Origin: Salpingoeca rosetta
Lineage: Eukaryota > Protista > Choanoflagellata
DNA: 64,000 nt
Direction of reading: 5' to 3'
NCBI GenBank assembly: GCA_033442325.1
Contig: JAWQFM010000014.1
Location: forward strand, 262,120 to 326,119
Shown: piece by piece, positions 63,784-64,000 of the stretch
Layout of the letters: each line of letters begins with the position of its first letter
How positions within the stretch are numbered: the first letter of the stretch is position 1
Translations under genes and position numbers: made by a program
Notes under the pieces: model-generated
The model's database searches: none
Told to the model about the DNA's origin: nothing
What the model saw: the letters and a program-made list of their open reading frames with translations, nothing else

Positions 63784-64000
63784 GCAGACCAGTGGTGGTG
63801 GTGTGCGTACGTGCGTGCGAGTGTGCGCGGGCGTGTGTAGGCGCGTGTGTTGGTGGTTGGGGTTGGTTGACGGCATGTGCAGGAGGGCGGCATGAGCGGA
63901 TAAGACGAAGCGCGAATGGCGGCAGAAAGAGAAAGGGGAAAGGAAGAAGAAGGGCAAAGGACGAGGGAGAGGAAGATTTGGAAGACAGTACGGGTGGGGG

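Overview
Eukaryotic, intron-rich, microsatellite-laden genomic DNA. The gene content (RTK with LYDMG tail plus CAP-Gly, Smurf-like HECT, Inturned, fungal-type HIS3) and the (GT)n/(CA)n/(CAA)n-filled introns point to a choanoflagellate such as Salpingoeca (inference). Most ORF-track entries are microsatellite artefacts, so real genes were rebuilt by hand-splicing. Left to right: a secreted Cys-repeat protein (-, runs off the left edge); a class IV aminotransferase-like gene (+, cut by a gap); a Smurf/Nedd4-type C2-WW-WW-HECT ligase (-); a giant (~3,200 aa, rough estimate) receptor tyrosine kinase with seven bacterial PPC-like repeats plus EGF/TNFR/PAN/cadherin/HYR modules (-); a single 4-exon gene encoding a trifunctional PanB-PanE-PanC pantothenate-synthesis fusion of ~1,175 aa (-); HIS3 (-); a large disordered protein (+); PSF3/GINS3 (-); SDHAF2 (+); an intronless bacterial-like HD-domain gene (+); an ARM-like protein (-); and the 3' part of Inturned (-). 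The top finding is the PanB-PanE-PanC fusion. Its domains lie in pathway order, all three introns are phase-compatible, it has an N-terminal mitochondrial-like presequence, and an internal presequence-like linker hints at polyprotein processing.
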